A stretch of DNA of 64,000 nt from Basidiobolus meristosporus CBS 931.73 (taxonomy: Eukaryota; Fungi; Basidiobolomycota): positions 20,299-84,298 of the forward strand of contig MCFE01000377.1 of assembly GCA_002104905.1 (NCBI GenBank), given 5' to 3'. Below the pieces are notes generated by a model, which searched no databases, was not told the origin of the DNA, and worked only from the letters and a program-made list of their open reading frames with translations. The position numbers and the translations under genes are program-made. Shown here piece after piece: positions 36,985 to 49,269 of the stretch. Positions within the stretch are counted from its first letter, which is position 1. The number at the start of each line of letters is the position of its first letter.

Positions 36985-39900
36985 TTAGTGGTGTAAATGT
37001 GGAGTGTTGACGAGGGATATCGAAGAAGGCACCGTAGCACGGACCGACACGCTTCGCAGCAGATTCTTGATGTCTGCTTTGGATCTATCGGATCGGATCG
37101 TTCTCGAGGTTAGCGACATCTCTCTTGGGACGTCCGACGAATCACTATCCATAAAATCACTAGAATCGTTGCCATTCTTCAGGGCCTCAAGCAGGTTTTC
37201 TACCTTGGGGGATACGGGTGGTTCGGAATCCTCGTGTCGAACGATCAATGGAGCAGAAAGCTTAAGGTGGTGTACGTGTGCGCCACTCGCGCATTGCTGC
37301 GAACATATAGACGACCGTAGAGAATCATAGCTGCTCCCTTTTGGATCGTACTCCAAATCTAGCCGTTTCTCAAGGTCGGAAAACTGCCGCTGCGAATGCT
37401 CATCGTGGAGGAGGATCTCCTTGATGGTGTCTGGGTCAATGTTCACCCTTCTCGCCTGGTACGAGAGGTTATTGTTTTCTTTTAGCATGGCAAATGTTTT
37501 CCCCTCCATGCACTTTAGATCATTGAGGTTGCAATCTCGTGGATCAAACCAGCAGTTGGACTGTTTCCGGGTCTTGATCACTTCCTTCATGTACGTCCGG
37601 AGCTGCTCGATCTCAAGAAACTCGCCTGCATACTCAAAATAAGAAGCTACGAATTGATCCAGCGCGTGAGGCTGCTCTATAGAATTGGCTGTCCCTTGTA
37701 GTTTGAACATCAGTGGAGTCACTCGAATCAATTCGTCATGCTGGTAACGCTGGAGAAGTTTTTTGAAAATCGAAAGAATGATCGAGTAATCGAGTGGGAA
37801 AAGTGACTCCTGCAAAGTACAATCGAACAATGCTTGATGAAGCGCATGTCTGAACTCAAGAGCAGTGTCTACTGAGCGATGTACATGCTGTGATGAAAAT
37901 ATTAGGTGAAGCCGCTCCATGCAAACCAAACGGGAATACACTGTGCAATACCTTGGCCGAGTTTATGGTTGATGACTTCGGTGTTGCTGTGTTTTTGCTA
38001 CAATAGATCAGTCACGAATTGAGAAAAAGTGGGTCCTGCATACAAAATACCTCTCATGGATACTCCAGTTATCCAGATAACTCAGAAAGAAAAACCCGTA
38101 TTCCTTTCGTACAGCTAGATGGAGATTAGCAGAAGCCTCACAAGGTGATCTCCGTCAAACTTACATGGATGTTCATTCGTAAACAAGCAGAATGTGGGCG
38201 AGATAATAGAGTAGGGAACCTCACTGTTTCCGTAATGGGAATCCTCCACTGCCTTACTGTTCGTGTCTACCAGGATCTTCATACACTTGAGCACGGCCCT
38301 GCGAATAGAGGAAACAGGAACTTCATCGACAACTTGCTCTTTACAATTGAGCGACAACTTTTTGATCAAAAAGTCCAGAATATCATTGATTTGTTCGGAG
38401 TAGTAGAGATGAGTGGCTAAACCGCCTGGATAGAACGTGGTCAGCTGTAGTATAGGCATACGCTTGATCGGCTCCTACCAATGCTTTCCACGATGCCTTT
38501 TCGAAACTCGGCCTCTAATGGAGTAAATTCGTGAGGATGTGTATTGTTTTTGTTGAGACTCTTATACTTCAACATAATGAACAAGTGGTCGATTAGAGCT
38601 TCAACAACCTCCAACACCGATAATCCCACAGCAACCATCCGATTAGCAAGGCAGAATGCTATCAAGTTTATCAGAGTAGCTTTCCTCTGGTCCACCTCCA
38701 TTTCATTGCATAACTTCAGCATCTTTCGGATTTCGTTGACGATGATATGGCGATATGATGGCTATACATACACGATTAATGGCTGGATGAACCATACTGA
38801 CGATAGCCCAGACACTTACCGCGACGTTCAGCATAATGAAATGAACCAGGTCGATGCAGTAGTCTTGACACTGGTAGTGGTTGTGCTCTTCTATATAGCT
38901 GAATTCCAAAGACACTAAGTTAATACCCATTGTGAATAGACGCGAGGAGGCATCTACCTAAAGAAAATCACGGTAATTTCTCGAAGATACAACGGAGGGC
39001 TGTTTTGAAGTAACTGCTTGCCACACTCCAATGAGCACACGTTTGTAGTGGCTTCGCTCATTTCAGTCGGACTCAAAGTGTAGTGCTCTTCTAGACACTC
39101 CGGTGTCTCAGGTAGGTCAGATTCACTAAAAGGACAGGAACTGTTAGCATCTTGTTGTTGCAACTCCAGAGCGGAAGTGAAAACCCCCACGTCAAATAGG
39201 CTTTGAACGAATCGATGTTCGACAATATCGAATAGATCAGCTCTTTCAAGTAGGCTTTCGGGCTTGAGGATTTGATGATAGTCGAGCTGACAAGTCCATG
39301 AATTGCTCGCAAACCCAGCAACCTCCATCTGCGATTTTCCCAATATTTCGAGTAAGATATAGTGTACCAATAAAATCACCTTCCCTGCTTACTTTTTCTC
39401 TGATTCTTTGCTTGTGTCCTTTGACGCTTCTTTAATGAAACTGCTCGTTAGGGAATCGAATTCCCTGGTTAAATTTTCATCCACGCCCAGGGTAGAGCCG
39501 TCATGTAGCGTGCAAAATCTACGAAACTAAATTTCCTTGAGGTTAATAGCTCGAATTTTCAAGAAACCAGTTGAAGTAAACATTACTGTATTGGCCGCTG
39601 CCCAACTTAAATCAAAATCGCCCATCTCCAGTATCGTTGATAAAGAGTACAGCACACACTTGGCGAACAGGTTGAGGTCTTTGCTGCAACCAGCCATGAG
39701 TTCGTTAATGATCCCAATGGTTATCATTATATCGCTGTTGGATGGTGAGCAAGATATCAGTCTCAGGCAAACAAGGTAGAATCAAAGCGTTTCTCACAAT
39801 TTCTTTTGCCTGTAAACATCCCTACTAATCCTTTTTTTGAGATACTGCGCTACTTTGGCAAGTTTGGCTGGTTTCGAGGCGGCATAGTACACCAAATAAG

Positions 39901-40000
39901 AGGTTTCACTGGGCTGTGGGGAGTTTTGCCCTGCTTGGGTGGGATAGCAATTCTCGATCAGACGGACATGATTCTTTCTGGGTAAACACGAACACGACAT
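36985..40000 (-). CDS. EFR3: EFR3 family protein (PI4KA/Stt4 complex scaffold), many introns
   Basis: N-terminus NHVRLIENCYP...ETSYLVYYAASKPAKLAKVAQYL, then TIGIINELMAGCSKDLNLFAK and FYPGGLATHLYYSEQINDI, followed by helical exons down to 36985. Confidence 0.9.
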
Positions 40001-40624
40001 TTTGATGGAATTTCAGGAAGAGACTCGAAGCTGTCAAGAGAGAGAAAGATATAAATGTATATATAAAACTTCGATGAAACTCCCAGATATCCATAGAGCG
40101 TTCTTGAGCCGGGAAAATGTCAGTGAGTCCCAAAATGTACATGTCAAATGAGTTTTTCCAGGATCCGAAACGATGAAGAGGGTATTGGCTGTCACGAATC
40201 TAGATGCGATGCCACAAATGGAGTTCGAAAAGTAGCAGCCACAAGGTCTATAGGTAGGCAATGGTGTCATGTGATTTTCACAAATCAATGGTATGATGTG
40301 CAGATCATGTGATACGCGGGGACCGTCCTATGACCTTCACTTCACTCACTACCTCACATCACATCGCAGCAAGGTGTGGTGATGGCATTGGTTAGTAAGC
40401 ATACTCAATACAATGGTAGATGACGCATCATACTTTCACGGCCCATGACGTAGCTGATTGATTTAACTTTATCCAAGAAACTAATCCGATGTGAAAATTT
40501 GGTTGATATGCCTGTGCAGCGATTTGGCGGTGAGCGTTTATCTTGGCCGATAATCCAAAGCAGCACAACATTACAGATATAAGAAAGTGGATCCTCTCTA
40601 CAGCCATTATTACATTTCACAGCC

Positions 40625-40876
40625 ATGTTCTTCTCTACTCTTCTCCGCTCCTCCCGCCAAGTTGTAAACCAATCCAGTCGCATTGCTAGACAAGGCGAGC
40701 ATGTCGACCCTGCCCAAGCCGTTGCAGTCCACAAGAACACCCAAGCCAAAAGCAAAATAAACCGCACTGATGCTGAGGAGAAGCTCACCGGAAACATTAG
40801 CTCCAAGATTAAGGAAGGCACTACCGCCACAGGCTTGAAAGAGGAAAAATGGAGCCCACTGCGCTCCAACCATTAA
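40625..40876 (+). CDS. 83-aa hypothetical protein, paralog A (presequence-like N-terminus)
   Basis: ATG-to-stop ORF in an intergenic gap. Shares LRSSRxVVNQSSRxARQGExVDP and KEExWSPLR with 41803-42072. Confidence 0.75.
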   Translation: MFFSTLLRSSRQVVNQSSRIARQGEHVDPAQAVAVHKNTQAKSKINRTDAEEKLTGNISSKIKEGTTATGLKEEKWSPLRSNH

Positions 40877-41802
40877 CCAGCCATCCATGGTTGCCCTGAT
40901 ATGGGATCGGAGGAATTATATTTTATGTCGGTTTCCAGCCGTACTTAGCTAACTAATAAACTCGTTCAGTTCTACCAATTGGGTTTGTGCTAGTGTGTGT
41001 AACATACACAACGTGTACAACGCAAGAGTAAAACTTGCTGGTTTCTGTGATAGTGTGTCGCAGGATACTATTGGCGGTTGCTGAAGGGATCTACGTGTTT
41101 CCTAGGAAAGTCATAGATAAGCCATAACAGACCAGGTCTGTGTAATATATACGTGAAAGAATACTGTAAGTATACCAAATGAGTGACTGTATGCCGCACA
41201 AAATCAGAAGTGAATATCAGTAACTTGTCGCTTGTGACCCTAGCCATATTAGTATGATGCAGGCGAGAGATGTCGAGCCCATTCCTGTTCCACGAAATGC
41301 AGCATCCCAATAAGAATGTGCCTCTATGACGCCCCTCGTTAGCCCTTCTGGTCATCACCAGCGTTAACGCAGCTGCTTGTTCCTGAATGCTGTTCAGTGG
41401 AGAATGGCTAGAATGCCAGCAGCATGAGACCGTTGTATAAGGTGAATACGTCACCAAGTATGAAATCAGTAATCAACGCCTAGTCACATGTGAGTGATTC
41501 AGCGATAAAGGTCACTTGAAAACCAAGCGTCCATGCCTGGATATTTGTAAGCTTAAATCGCACCACCACTCATCAGGAGGACAAACAAGAACCCAACACC
41601 TCGAGTGAGCAGTATTTCACATTCAACCGGACTAATTGGCCGCTGCGATCCTTACAGCTTCTTACTGGCGCTCCTTCCAGAACGAAGTCACATTGCCTTT
41701 TTCCTCTGTATCTCACCTGCCATTTGTCACTTGGCCGCTTCGAAAAAGGTATAAGTATAGCTCAACAAGTAGCCCCGATGATTGCCATTTCTCAACACAA
41801 AC

Positions 41803-42072
41803 ATGTTTCGTACATCTATCTTGAGATCGTCACGCCATGTAGTCAACCAGTCAAGTCGTCTCGCTAGACAAGGTGAATATGTAGATCCCAATGAGGCAAT
41901 AGCTATCATGAAGAAAAATCAGCAGATCAAGGAATTCCTAAGATCTAGCGAAGCCGTCGAGGAAGAATTCAGTGGCAATGTCAGCGCCCAATTCAAGCAT
42001 GGAACCCAGCCCGACACCTTCATTTACCTCAAGGAGGAAATGTGGAGTCCTTTACGTCCCAGTAAAGTTTGA
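41803..42072 (+). CDS. 89-aa hypothetical protein, paralog B
   Basis: The true ATG is at 41803 (MFRTSILRSS...). Protein-level homology to paralog A with diverged DNA. Confidence 0.75.
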   Translation: MFRTSILRSSRHVVNQSSRLARQGEYVDPNEAIAIMKKNQQIKEFLRSSEAVEEEFSGNVSAQFKHGTQPDTFIYLKEEMWSPLRPSKV

Positions 42073-42501
42073 TTGGCGTTTCCGTGCTGTATGTATACTT
42101 GTACTATCCTGTATATCAACCTTGCTTTATTTACATACATCAACCCTCATTGCTGTATCGAATCCAGCTTTGTAGGTCAGATACATCCCTGCTCCCTTTA
42201 GTATTTGGCCGGCTAGGTTTATACTTCAATTTTTATCGCAATTCTTGAGCCAAACTTGTCAACTCAATTCATTAAAATAGTCGAAATCATCAACCTCAAT
42301 TCCATGTAGTTTATTGGCAAGCATCGAAATAGTAATCGGTCTTTACTCAAGTCGTGTCCTCTAAAAAGCCGAACATGTCATTTGAACCCATTTTAGAATT
42401 AGTGTCACATGTGGCGTGAACAAATCACTTGCAAGGCACGCAAGTGTAGATGGCTCACCGACTAGTGGGTGGGGCAAAGGTAGTCGGAACGTCACTACGA
42501 T

Positions 42502-44262
42502 CTATACTCTCAGCCTAAAGCCCATTGATTCGGTGCCTTGATAGTCGAGGATGGAGTTTAATATTCCTCGCTCTTCCTCGTCTAAATTCTCCATACCATG
42601 AGCGGCCTGAGGTGCAGACGGGCTGGCGCATGATCTACGTCTACATTGATACAGGCATGGATTAATGATATGCTGTTGGGTAAAGAGACGTTAGTACGTA
42701 CCTTTCACCAGCGCCCTTAGAGGGCCAGGTAGGGAACATGGACGGATCCTTGGGCAACGGGCTCTCTCTAATAAAAGAGGTCACAATGATGTTAGAGTAA
42801 GTGGGTGGGAAATCGAGCTTACTTGAAATATGGGTGTTGCAGGGCTTCCTCTGCAGTAATACGCTTCTCGGGATCATAAGTTAGGAGTTTTGAGAGCAAG
42901 TCAAGCCCAGACTCCGTCACGTAAGGAAAACGGTTGCGCAAGTTGTTGTATCTAGAAGAAATGCACTGATAAGTACCACTAATCCATCGTGGCTAGTGTG
43001 GAGATGGCTTACGGTTGGTTGACAAATGTAATGTTCTGCGCATGAGGGAGGTTGGAAAACCCTGGCCATATTTTCTCATTCGGCATACCTAACAGACGGA
43101 AAATCTAGAGCTACAGTTAGTAACGCCAACGAGTCTAACATTCATGCAACATCTAACTTTGTCCAACTGCTCGATTTCACCTCGTCCGGGAAACAATGGC
43201 TCGTTATTAATGAGCTCACCAAAAATACACCCAACAGACCAAATATCAATAGCAGTTGAATACTCTTTAGCTCCTAACAGAAGCTCAGGTGCTCTATATA
43301 AGAAAATTACAGCGTTGGTGTAACGACTACGCACGTGCAAAAGAAACTTTAACTAACCGATACCAAAGAGTTACCACTAGCTGGGTCATAGGGCCCAAAG
43401 GGCTTCCGTATTTACGAGCTAAACCGAAGTCCGCTACTTTGATTTCTCCTCGATTATTCAGTAGCAGATTGGAGGTCTTAAGATCTCTATGGATTATCCA
43501 GTTGTCGTGGAGCAGTGCAATGGCTGACAGTAGCTGGATCATTAGGGTTTTGATTTCTGACTGCAGAAATGGCGACTTCATGTCCTCCATTAATGCCTTG
43601 AGATCGTGCTCGATGAAGTCCATCACTATGAATATACTATGAATTTGATTAATAGCGAAAAGGAATGGTGAAATCGATAGCAGTCCTTACCTATTTAAAG
43701 AATCCCCAACTACGATTTCCCGCACATTGACGATGTTTGGGTGTTTCGCTACAAGTAGAGTATGTAATTCTCTCAACGAGGTAACAGGGAAGCCATTAGT
43801 CTCCTTGTCCAACTTTAGTCTTTTTAACGCGACGATTTCGCCAGTATCTCTATCTCTTGCTCTATACACTACGCCGTACGAGCCTTCCGAAATTTTGTTC
43901 AATTTTTCGAAATTGTCCACGTGTCTACAGCTTGCGAGTTTAGGGGTAAGTAGGTGATTATAGTATTCTTGAGGTCGTGGTGGCGTTATCGGCTCGGGTG
44001 TGAGCTCCTCGAGCTCGGGTAGATCTTCAGGCTCAAGTAGTGGTGACGGCGATTTTGAAAATTCTCTTTGTGGTCCTTGAATCGGTTGAGGCAAAGCGGG
44101 CTGTTTAGATTTCTTCTTTTTCTTAGGCTTGGGCTGCTCTGATTCCGATTCACTATTCGAATCCCATTTTGAACGCCTCAAGGAATTCCCCTGTGAATCC
44201 TCATTTGTTTCCCCAAGCTCAAGATCTTGTGGTTTTTCGGAGCCGTTGGCAATACCTTCCAT
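42502..44262 (-). CDS. CDK11: CDK11/PITSLRE-family cyclin-dependent kinase
   Basis: [45 protein letters not shown]|APELLLG and [17 protein letters not shown] across introns. Confidence 0.93.
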
Positions 44263-44573
44263 AATCCAACTAGTATATTGTAGTGCAAGCAGCTGAGATG
44301 AAGGAGTTCATGAAAAATCGAGCAAAAATCAGGGATAAAACGTGACCCCTTTCTGAATGATATTTAGGCAATAAGTACACAATTTGAGCTATGTTGCTGA
44401 ATCAATATTAACTCAGCACAAAACCTGCTTGTTTCATTTATTGAGAATGCTTATAGTTATTAACCTGGCATTAGATAACTTAAATCCTGTCACATTTTTG
44501 CTATTTACTAGGAAGGGATCGGCATAATCATCACCATAAGGCTTAGATGAACGGTAAATTGTCGGGATTCCTA

Positions 44574-45455
44574 TCAAGCAAGAGAAGGAAATGCCGATTT
44601 GTCATCAACGTTGACTCCAGAATTACGACCGCCACGACCGCCTCGACCTTCATATCCTTGTTTACGTCCATCAGTAAAGCGTTGCTCAATGCCGACGAAG
44701 ATCTTGTCCTTCTTCTCTTTCTTCGATTTGGATTTTTTGTTAGTGCTAATAGAATAGTACTCCTCTTCTTGCTTTTGAAGCTGCACTCCGCTTTTCCATT
44801 GTGCGTCATCAGCCCCCTCATTGGGTTTGCGTGCTTCTGGAAGAGTGATTCCCTTAGCAGTTAGTTTGCCGGTTTTTTCAGCATAGTACTCATCAAGGGT
44901 CTTAGAGGTATCTTCAGGCTCAGCAACGGTTACTCTTTCTACTTGGTTCTCAGGTCTCCCACCTTCACCTCGGCTCTCTCGGACAATCTTCTCGCCCTCT
45001 TGAATATCAGTAGCGGCATCTCCCCACGATTGGTGGATCTTCTTTTCAGAATCCACCTTTCCGGTAGCTGATTTGCGATCGAACTCGCGGCCACGGCTCG
45101 GGAAGCCACTACGCCCGCCCTGATGGCTACCCTCTGACCGACCACCCCGTCCATGCTTAGAAGCAGTAAAGTCCCTATCAGAGTACTCACGGCGAGCTTT
45201 CAAAGATGTTGTTAGGACGCTAATCTAATGGAGATAACCAGCTTACATACTAGACTTACCTTCGGTACGGGCGACAGGCACCACCTTTTTTCCACCGCGC
45301 TGGGGATAGTCGGAGCGGGCTCTTGGCTCGACCTTCTTTTCGGATTTCTTAGCAGTATTGGAGGTCTTCTTCTCAGACTTTTGGGAGATGATGCGTGCGA
45401 CCTCTTCGCCATCTTCGTTCAGCAAGTCATAGAAATTTCTGGATACAACAGACAT
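44574..45455 (-). CDS. Stm1/SERBP1-like ribosome- and RNA-binding protein (2 exons)
   Basis: MSVVSRNFYDLL N-terminus, REFDRKSATG, SWGD, KTLDEY, RGG repeats and C-terminal VDDKSAFPSLA. Confidence 0.88.
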
Positions 45456-46102
45456 TTTGTAAGGCAAAACAACAGGGAGAAAGGTGGTTATTTGTGGTGG
45501 TTAAAGCTTATCCCTAGGAAAAGAGGCTCTTAGAAACCAAAGAAATACAAGCTCCAAGGTGTAGAGGCAAGTGCAGGGGAAAGATTGAGAGGACTACCCA
45601 TGATTCTTAATGCTTATCATTCCCAACATTGCTCCCTCTAGTCACTCGTTGCCCACCCCTATTTCGGCTACTTTTATTGGATGTTAATAGACAACTCGGT
45701 CACTGGTGCTACCTCTCCAAGTCTTAGAGAAAGCGCTATATATATCTAAATCAGAAGGGTACAATATATGCATTATCAAAGACATCAACATCCACCCCAA
45801 CTTTTAGCTCGTTTCCCAGGACTAAAAGCCACATTTATTGATGCAACGAATTCCCAAATAGTTGAGATCTCCGTCTGGATATAATGGGGATTGAATGAGG
45901 CCGATTGTTCTATTGTCTATTAAATGCTCCTCCATCAGAAACACATTGGTATCATGTATTTCAATTTGAAACCTATTGAGTAAATGCCCTATGAGCTGGA
46001 TTTGAAACACCATTTAGTCGGCAATTTTCTTCGGTCATATAAATACGTCTGGCCATACTACAGAAAGGAGGTATTACTTCAGGTTATCGAATTTCTTATA
46101 GA

Positions 46103-46876
46103 ATGGGTTGTTTGAGTACTCGGGTCTATCCTAGAAAACTACTACTCCTCGGTGATGGAGCATGCGGGAAGACTTCTGCATTAAACGTATTCACTAGAGA
46201 TTACTTCCCTGAGGTAGAGTTGAGTCCTAAGGTTTACCTGGAATCGTGGCAAGTACTTAAATTGGTTTTGACAGGAATACGAGCCCACGGTATTCGAAAA
46301 TTACGTTCACGATGTCAGCGTAGATGGGAAAGTCGTGGAGCTGTCACTTTGGGATACTGCAGGTTCGATATTGATCGGCTCCATTCGCCATTCTACTCTA
46401 CTGACACCTTGACCCAGGCCAGGAAGAATTTGATCGCCTTCGCTCGTTGAGCTACGCACACACACATGTTGTTATGATCTGCTTTTCAGTTGACAACCGA
46501 GACTCGTTGGACAATGTGGAGACAAAATGGCTATACGAGATCCTAGAATATTCCCCGGGAGTCAAGGTGATTCTTGCTGCCCTGAAGTGTGATCTGAGAG
46601 AAGACGAGGACACGATACGATACATGGCCAAAATGAGGGAGCATCCGGTGACTTATGAGGAGGTAATATGGTAATCCCACATACCGAACAAGACTGTGTA
46701 TGCTAACATGCTTCCGGAACTAGGGCTTACAAATGGCCAGGCGCATTCAGGCAATCAAATACGTTGAATGCTCCGCAAAGTACAAGATCGGGGTCCAAGA
46801 GTGCTTTGAGGAGGCAGCCAGAGTGGCGGTCAGCGTGCGTGTCAGCGACAAAGGCAAAAAATGCATCGTTATGTGA
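46103..46876 (+). CDS. RHO3: Rho-family GTPase, Rho3-like (4 exons)
   Basis: MGC N-terminus, [31 protein letters not shown] and CAAX ending KKCIVM*. Confidence 0.92.
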
Positions 46877-47390
46877 GAAATTCCTTGATATAGAACAACT
46901 AGAGCATATTCCCTTAGCATCCACATTCTTCTACGCCCACCCTCTTGACAATAGGACTTCATTTTCTCAATTGGGATATTACAGTCACCGTGGTGATTTG
47001 TAAATCTTGTAAAATTATCATGGCCCAAAGCTGCTTTCCACAGACCAGGGTAGTATACTAGGGCTGGCTGGTTTGTTGATATTTAATAGATTCCAATAAA
47101 TTCGTAGTCCTATTGATCATGTGCGTCAAGTAGATCCAACTCCACCGACTACTGTATGTACACGCTACTTGTATGCATCCATTCGACCAGAGCCAAAACC
47201 AAGCCTCACTAGCATTGATCCACATTCACCGCCCTTTTCCAAATCAATCAATCTGTCAATACTCTCAATCTGGCAATCGTGCCTAAATGGGGATTTACAT
47301 TCGCTTATTTATTTCAAAATTGCCTTGAAGGCCAAGAAATATTCAGAAAATATTTACGCAGAAACATTGGAGGGTGTTAGTAAGTTAGAT

Positions 47391-48479
47391 TCAAAGTAAT
47401 TTGAGCGCATCAAAGCCTGCTTCTACCTCGTCCTCCATATGCATGGCAATATGGGTCTCGGAGCTAGGAGTAGCCGGATAATCTTGCCAGCTGCCTGAGG
47501 TTTGTTGGGCGTAGGGTTGGTCTTCTTTGAAGAAGAGACTTGGTCTACCGTTTGAGAGATTAGGCAACCGATATTTAATGTATTCCGAAATGTCTGCTAG
47601 TGCAGCCATCACCACTGGATCAAAGGCGAATACCAAGGTGGTCAGCAATCCGGTGGATGAGGTCAATAGTTCGGCAATGGCCCACATAAGCGCATCGAAC
47701 GTCGCAAGATGCTCTTTATAGACTGGCCTCGGCAACGAGTAGCCGATGCTTTGGATGGTGAAGGAGAGAATTGCAGGGAAAAAGGTGAGTATCGGCACCA
47801 CGGCATACATGGTAATCCTAAAGCTGATCTGACGAAGCTTTGGATTCGTTGACAGATTGATCTTCTCCATGGTTGTGTGCATTTCTGTTTGATGATGTCT
47901 CAGAAGGTGGATTACTCGAATCACCACGTACAGAGAATAGCACAGCCCAAGAAACATCCACAAGAAGCACGAGAGCCACTGGATCCATACTGCAGTTGGA
48001 TTGGCAGCAAAATTGGCGAGCCAGCACACTTCATTCGCAACGCTGTAGATAGTGCAAATCAGAGTGATCAGCAGGGCAGTCGACAATGTGAGAGGGATGT
48101 ACCAAAGCTGAGCCCTCTTAACTTCACTTCGTTGCCGGATCAGGATCATGTCGAGGTTGTAGGCGATGGTTGTGGTGGTGAAGACTGACATTAGCTTAGA
48201 GAAATTTGCAATGGAATAGGTCAATCGGCAAGCAATGGTAGGCGTCATAGCATGAAACAATACGCGGTTGTTGATGATGTTGGTTACATGAAAGATGAAT
48301 TCATAGAACGCCACCAGCAGTGCCAATCTGAACGAGATCTTGTTGGAAATCTGTCGTCTGGTGCATAGAAGCAAAATCCCGGCCACAACCACCATACTAG
48401 TGGCTACGGCAGAGCAAATACTTGTCACCTGCACAATATCAACTGTGGCTCTAAGTAAGCGATTGAGAAATCCATCCAT
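47391..48479 (-). CDS. Seven-transmembrane GPCR (cAMP-receptor/Git3-like), intronless
   Basis: 362-aa ORF with seven hydrophobic segments, Cys at the start of TM3 (ACRL), CWL in extracellular loop 2 and RITMYAVVP at TM6. Confidence 0.8.
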   Translation of the reverse strand: MDGFLNRLLRATVDIVQVTSICSAVATSMVVVAGILLLCTRRQISNKISFRLALLVAFYEFIFHVTNIINNRVLFHAMTPTIACRLTYSIANFSKLMSVFTTTTIAYNLDMILIRQRSEVKRAQLWYIPLTLSTALLITLICTIYSVANEVCWLANFAANPTAVWIQWLSCFLWMFLGLCYSLYVVIRVIHLLRHHQTEMHTTMEKINLSTNPKLRQISFRITMYAVVPILTFFPAILSFTIQSIGYSLPRPVYKEHLATFDALMWAIAELLTSSTGLLTTLVFAFDPVVMAALADISEYIKYRLPNLSNGRPSLFFKEDQPYAQQTSGSWQDYPATPSSETHIAMHMEDEVEAGFDALKLL

Positions 48480-48487
48480 CTTCCTCT

Positions 48488-48565
48488 GCTTTGGTTTTGG
48501 TCAGTAATGAGCCTAAAATGTCTGTTGCTTTGGTTCTGGTGAGTACTGAGTCTAAAATGTCTGCT
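48488..48565. repeat. 39-bp tandem duplication just upstream of the GPCR start codon
   Basis: GCTTTGGTTTTGGTCAGTAATGAGCCTAAAATGTCTGTT followed by GCTTTGGTTCTGGTGAGTACTGAGTCTAAAATGTCTGCT. Confidence 0.9.
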
Positions 48566-49269
48566 GCTCGAACAATATATACCTTTCGGCCGGTGTTTGA
48601 GATATTTCACTGTCGGATGATCCATTATTAATTCGGCAACGTTATTGAATCCATCAACTTGTTGGTTTTACTTACCTTCCACCCCTTACACACCATTCTC
48701 GACAAGCCTGCGAAGAATCTCCACAAGACAATTGATCTGAGACTGTATTGTAGCCCGGAGCAGAGGCGCCTGGTCCCTTTGTTGATTTTATTCAGGAAAC
48801 TTCTGTTCCAAATACCATGTTTTTCCAGCCTATGAAAATTAATCTTACCACAGCTATCCAGCTTGGAAAATGAATAATCTCCCAGTGATCCAGGTTGGGA
48901 TAATAGGTCGTACCACCTGTCTCCAGCCCACTACTCATCATATCCTATCGGGGTGTCATGGCAACTGCCACAGGCCTACGATCCCTCCCTCAAGCTAAAA
49001 ACGTGCACATGTCCCAAAATTTGGTGAGCTGGTGAGGAGATTGGTGCACCCATTCGCAGGCGAAGATTATCGAAAATGTTGGCCCGGCAGCTCCATATCA
49101 GGTAATTTCAAATACACGGATTTCTTTTTTTCAATCACACGACTAAGCCAATTTCCACAGTTTATGCGCAGGAAGGTGTACCCACTCAATCGAGTTGTAT
49201 ATTGACTTTGGTAAAGGGAAATACCTGGCTTCTGGTTTATGCTAAAGTCTTAGAAGCTGCTTATCGACG

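Noticed and set aside
41068-41457. 129-aa minus-strand ORF between the microproteins
   Set aside because: Non-ATG start, no homology and unremarkable composition.
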